Shown here: in pieces, positions 60,832 through 64,000 of the stretch
How positions within the stretch are numbered: position 1 is the first letter of the stretch
How the letters are laid out: the number at the start of each line of letters is the position of its first letter
Source of the DNA: Deltaproteobacteria bacterium
GTDB taxonomy: Bacteria; Desulfobacterota; Binatia; UBA9968
Length of the DNA stretch: 64,000 bases
Assembly (NCBI GenBank): GCA_030688735.1
Contig: JAUYJC010000630.1
Location: 2,262 to 66,261, forward strand
Reading direction: 5' to 3'
Notes under the pieces: generated by a model
Seen by the model: only the letters and a program-made list of their open reading frames with translations
What the model was told of the DNA's origin: nothing
The model's database searches: none
Program-made: the position numbers and the translations under genes

Positions 60832-62148
60832 TTAGCTATTCTTGAAGATCCCTCGGTAGAGACCCTGGTCGAAACCCGGGCCAATCGAAGGAACCGCGCC
60901 GGTCCACGACCGCGACGGTATGGGGGCGAGCGAACCTCGCGCCGGGACAGGCGAGAGCATGGAGCTGCGACTCACGCCGCCGAGCCGGCGGTTGGCAAAG
61001 TCACCCATCTCCGACTCAAACGCGCCCATTTCCGACTCGAACATCCCCAGATCAGCTTCGATCTGTCCCAAGGTGATGTCGTCATCAATAGGGTTTTCGC
61101 CGACCTCGAAGTAGCCGTCCTGTGCCACGTAGTCGTCGACGGTCACGTAACCCTCAGTGGGTTGAGTGGTGACTAGCGGTGTCAAAACGGTGCCGCTTTC
61201 GAGACCGAGGACTTCCTTCACGCTTTGCGGCGCGAAGGCGTTGACCACAACGTCGATGAAGTTGAGACCGGCGCCGAGCATCAAAGAGCTGCGATGCTTG
61301 ACGAGAGCCTTGACCTTCTTCGTACCGAAGTGGGTGACCACGATGGCCCCGAGGGACAGAACCGGCTTGGCCAGATCAATCCCGCCGACCTGGAGCTTGT
61401 TCAGACCGGGGACGTACTTCGCGCCAAGATGCGCGAGCGCCTTCGACCCATAGAAGCCGGCCGCGATCGGCAGTGCCTTCATGATGGCATCTTTGATGCC
61501 TGCGGGGTTCGAGCGCATCTTGAACCTCGCTGCGACGGCGCTAGCAAGCCCCTTGCGTTTCTTGTTGACGATGGTCTGACGAGCCCGGTGCATCGACTCC
61601 CCGGTAGAAGCGCGAGGGTTCCGTCGAAGCCGACGCCGACGAACGACGCGCTTGGCAACGGACCGCCGACGCCGACGCCGCTTGGGGGCTGGATTCCGAC
61701 GAGCAACCCGCCGACGCCGACGAACGACGCGCTTGGCAGCAACCCGCCGACGCCGACGCCGCTTGGGGGCCGGATTCTTGCGAGCGCGCTTGCGGGCGCC
61801 CTTTTTGGCAGCGAGGCTGCGCTTGCGCTTGTTGGCGGCGCGAGTGCGCGCGGCTTTCTTGGCGGCAGAACTTCGACTTCGCTTGGACGGGTTGCGCTTC
61901 ACGCGGCGCCTGGTGGTGGTCTTGCGGCGCACAGGGCGGCGACGCTTGACCGTTCGTTTCTTGGCCATGGTCTTCTTTCTCCTTGTTGCGCTCGCGATGC
62001 GGCGCGGGTTGGTTTTGCGCTTCGGGCGCTTTTTTGCCGTCTTGAATTTGCGGGCCACGGCCCGCTTGAGTGCAGGCCCGACCTTGCGGCGAACTACCTT
62101 TTTGGTCTTCCGACGCTTACCGCGCGGGTTGACGTACATGATCGGCAC
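60832..62148 (-). CDS. Arg/Lys-rich DNA-binding-like protein with hydrophobic/acidic C-terminal domain
   Basis: 438 aa. About 200 aa of K/R-rich sequence, including the tandem NPAPKRRRRRR-x-AKRVVRRRR repeats. Confidence 0.75.
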   Translation of the reverse strand: MPIMYVNPRGKRRKTKKVVRRKVGPALKRAVARKFKTAKKRPKRKTNPRRIASATRRKKTMAKKRTVKRRRPVRRKTTTRRRVKRNPSKRSRSSAAKKAARTRAANKRKRSLAAKKGARKRARKNPAPKRRRRRRVAAKRVVRRRRRVARRNPAPKRRRRRRSVAKRVVRRRRLRRNPRASTGESMHRARQTIVNKKRKGLASAVAARFKMRSNPAGIKDAIMKALPIAAGFYGSKALAHLGAKYVPGLNKLQVGGIDLAKPVLSLGAIVVTHFGTKKVKALVKHRSSLMLGAGLNFIDVVVNAFAPQSVKEVLGLESGTVLTPLVTTQPTEGYVTVDDYVAQDGYFEVGENPIDDDITLGQIEADLGMFESEMGAFESEMGDFANRRLGGVSRSSMLSPVPARGSLAPIPSRSWTGAVPSIGPGFDQGLYRGIFKNS

Positions 62149-62320
62149 AGAGGCACTCCTTTTTCAGAACGTAAAAAAAGCGGCTAACGCACACTGTCGT
62201 AAAAACAGAGTCGTAAAAGCCGCGTCGGAAAAAGGAGAGTCGTAAATTTTTGGTAGAAGACTCTGGCCTGCCAGAAGTCTTCACTACCCAGAGGGTTACT
62301 GTCAACAGAAACAGGTGCTT

Positions 62321-62806
62321 TTAGTGAACAATTCCTCTCGGTTCCACGTTGAGTTTGCCACCCCAAAGGAGTGCCAAAACCGTTTTTCGCCCCTGAATCA
62401 CGAGAAGAGCCCGCCCGTCTGGGGTCGTATAAAGGTCTGGAAAGGGTTTTTGCACAACCCCTTCACATTTCTTGCTGTCGTGATCGATGTACTCAAACCC
62501 GAGGCACTGTCCGAGGCAGACAAGCTCCTGAACACCCCAAATCCACTTGGGGACAGTCCGAATTGGGCCTTCTGCATCCCCGTCGATGCGATACGCCTTC
62601 ACGTTCGCGCCGTGCTCGTGGATGTAGTCAATAGCGCCCTCATCCTCGTAAGTGAGTGGGTCGAGCTTCTCAGAGCGGTACATCACGTTCTTGGCGAGCC
62701 CAACCCATACAGCCTCTTGAGGCACAAAAAAACTCGTCGGAAACTCACCAATAGATCTTGGCTCGTACTTGTGAAAGCCCTCATACAGTTTGACAGCCTT
62801 ACTCAT
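62321..62806 (-). CDS. hypothetical protein
   Basis: 161-aa ORF. Confidence 0.65.
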   Translation of the reverse strand: MSKAVKLYEGFHKYEPRSIGEFPTSFFVPQEAVWVGLAKNVMYRSEKLDPLTYEDEGAIDYIHEHGANVKAYRIDGDAEGPIRTVPKWIWGVQELVCLGQCLGFEYIDHDSKKCEGVVQKPFPDLYTTPDGRALLVIQGRKTVLALLWGGKLNVEPRGIVH

Positions 62807-63109
62807 TTACCACTTCTTCTTGAAAACTAAGTACAGAAAAATGATGGCACCTGCGATGCTGATGATCTTCATAGGTGTTAGATCGAACCCGCCGAAGCTC
62901 ACACCGCTCACGGCGATGCGACCCTTGGCATGATCACCGCTACCGACCATCTTCGAGCCAATGGGGAGCTTCCACGATGATTGCTCAATGGTGGAGCCAA
63001 ACTTGCCCGTGGGAATGGAAGGCTTAGGAGCGTTGACTCGGTTCTGCTCTACGTTGGTCTCATAGTAGTCGTAAAGCTTCTTCCCTTGATTCCAGACGGA
63101 ATAGATCAT
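62807..63109 (-). CDS. tail-anchored membrane protein
   Basis: 100 aa. C-terminal IISIAGAIIFLYLVFKKKW. Confidence 0.6.
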   Translation of the reverse strand: MIYSVWNQGKKLYDYYETNVEQNRVNAPKPSIPTGKFGSTIEQSSWKLPIGSKMVGSGDHAKGRIAVSGVSFGGFDLTPMKIISIAGAIIFLYLVFKKKW

Positions 63110-63768
63110 GCCGTGACCCTAACCCCGCTTTTGTGTTTGCGGGTGAGCAAGAGCCCAATACCGATCGCTGCGGCTGCAATGCCGGCGTACATGATGAGAC
63201 GCTTACGCTTGAGGGCTTCTTCGAGTTGTGCCGCTGCTTCTTCGCCTTGCTGTCGGCGAACTTCCTTGACGACGGCTTTCGGGTCGATGATTTCTCGGGC
63301 AGTACCGACTCGAAGCCAAGCCCCGTCGATGCAGACCGATTGCTCGTCAACACCAACTCTGAAGTCGCGCTTTTGATCTCCAGTTTTGCACGGACGCGCC
63401 ACAGCCGTTGTCGTCCTGAACACTGCGGTAGGCTGTGTCGCGGCGACCCGATCAGCAGCCCGGGCTAGGATCCACCTGTTACCGCGGAAGACATAAAGTG
63501 CCTCGCGACCACTGCTGTCGAGCTTCTTCCAGAACATGCCCTCTCTGGCCTTCGAGGGTGGTTTGGGACTTCGCGCAGCCCCGGCGATGCTCTTCACTAT
63601 TGCGGCATTCTGGTCAGCGATGAATTTGACTGTAATCGCCTGAACCTCTTCCGGGGTCAGATCCCTGCCACGAATGCCGCGCTGCTTACTCAACTCAGCA
63701 GCGAGTGCGGCAGATTCTCTTGACGCGCGAAGATCACTCGCAGCGTCACCTAAACCCAGATACGACAT
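63106..63768 (-). CDS. tail-anchored membrane protein
   Basis: 220 aa. C-terminal MYAGIAAAAIGIGLLLTRK. Confidence 0.6.
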   Translation of the reverse strand: MSYLGLGDAASDLRASRESAALAAELSKQRGIRGRDLTPEEVQAITVKFIADQNAAIVKSIAGAARSPKPPSKAREGMFWKKLDSSGREALYVFRGNRWILARAADRVAATQPTAVFRTTTAVARPCKTGDQKRDFRVGVDEQSVCIDGAWLRVGTAREIIDPKAVVKEVRRQQGEEAAAQLEEALKRKRLIMYAGIAAAAIGIGLLLTRKHKSGVRVTA

Positions 63769-64000
63769 TACTTCTTCCGCTCCTTCCAGAGCAGGTAAAG
63801 AGCGCCCACAGCAACCGCCGCGCCAACAAGCTCCAATGTCGTTGGTTGAAACCCCGATAGTGGGTACATTTGCGGAGACAGTGGCTCCGGCGAGCCGTAC
63901 CGCGGCCCACTCACAAGGTTGACACCGTACCCTGTGCGGGGAGGAGCGAATTCGCGATACGACTTTTGAAGATTCTGGTCGTAAGTCTGATCGTAGAACG
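63768..64000 (-). CDS. partial CDS (C-terminal part), tail-anchored membrane protein
   Basis: The frame is open to the window edge. It ends ...LELVGAAVAVGALYLLWKERKK with a TAATG overlap to the next gene. The start lies outside the window. Confidence 0.5.
   Translation of the reverse strand, partial: FYDQTYDQNLQKSYREFAPPRTGYGVNLVSGPRYGSPEPLSPQMYPLSGFQPTTLELVGAAVAVGALYLLWKERKK

Noticed and set aside
61225-62245. Long plus-strand ORFs (61225..62187, 61652..62245) antisense to the Arg-rich protein gene.
   Set aside because: They are mirror images of a repetitive CGN/AAG-rich gene. They have no RBS and the surrounding operon is on the minus strand.

Overview
The window looks like most of a dsDNA bacteriophage or prophage genome. 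Genes are tightly packed, with many ATGA/GTGA/TAATG start-stop overlaps and AGGAG-type ribosome-binding sites. All functional calls come from motifs recognised by eye; no homology search was possible.

Layout:
- 1-2.7 kb: three minus-strand genes.
- 2.7-3.2 kb: a repeat-rich divergent intergenic region.
- 3.2-46.9 kb: one long plus-strand block, containing in order:
  - a visibly GC-richer cluster of unknown genes punctuated by three copies of an ~80-bp hairpin cassette;
  - many small zinc-ribbon proteins;
  - an envelope-disruption cluster (membrane protein, overlapped i-/o-spanin pair, J-domain protein, lytic transglycosylase, M23 peptidase);
  - RadC-like and PcfJ-like genes;
  - a minus-strand tyrosine integrase next to a 12-copy TGTTCTAAG iteron palindrome;
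  - a replication and recombination module (primase-helicase, Cas4/RecB-like nuclease, SNF2 helicase, family A DNA polymerase, HNH, RuvC-like, Dam);
  - a kinase-like protein;
  - a glycan-modification cluster (GDP-mannose-3,5-epimerase-like fusion, methyltransferase fragment, pyruvyl transferase, GT2, sulfotransferase, later GT1);
  - an accessory cassette, described below.
- 46.9-64 kb: a minus-strand virion block with a second sulfotransferase, three repeat-rich fibre or spike genes, two small capsid-candidate proteins, an Arg-rich protein and many C-terminally anchored membrane proteins.

The most unusual locus is the accessory cassette at 39.9-42.1 kb. Four tandem genes built from the hexanucleotide GGTCCN lie directly upstream of a hypercompact TnpB/Cas12-like gene of about 273 aa. 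That gene is split over two reading frames, and its stop codon is followed 8 nt later by a CRISPR array of 36-bp repeats.

No tRNA, rRNA, terminase, portal, tape-measure or HK97-like capsid gene was recognised in the window.
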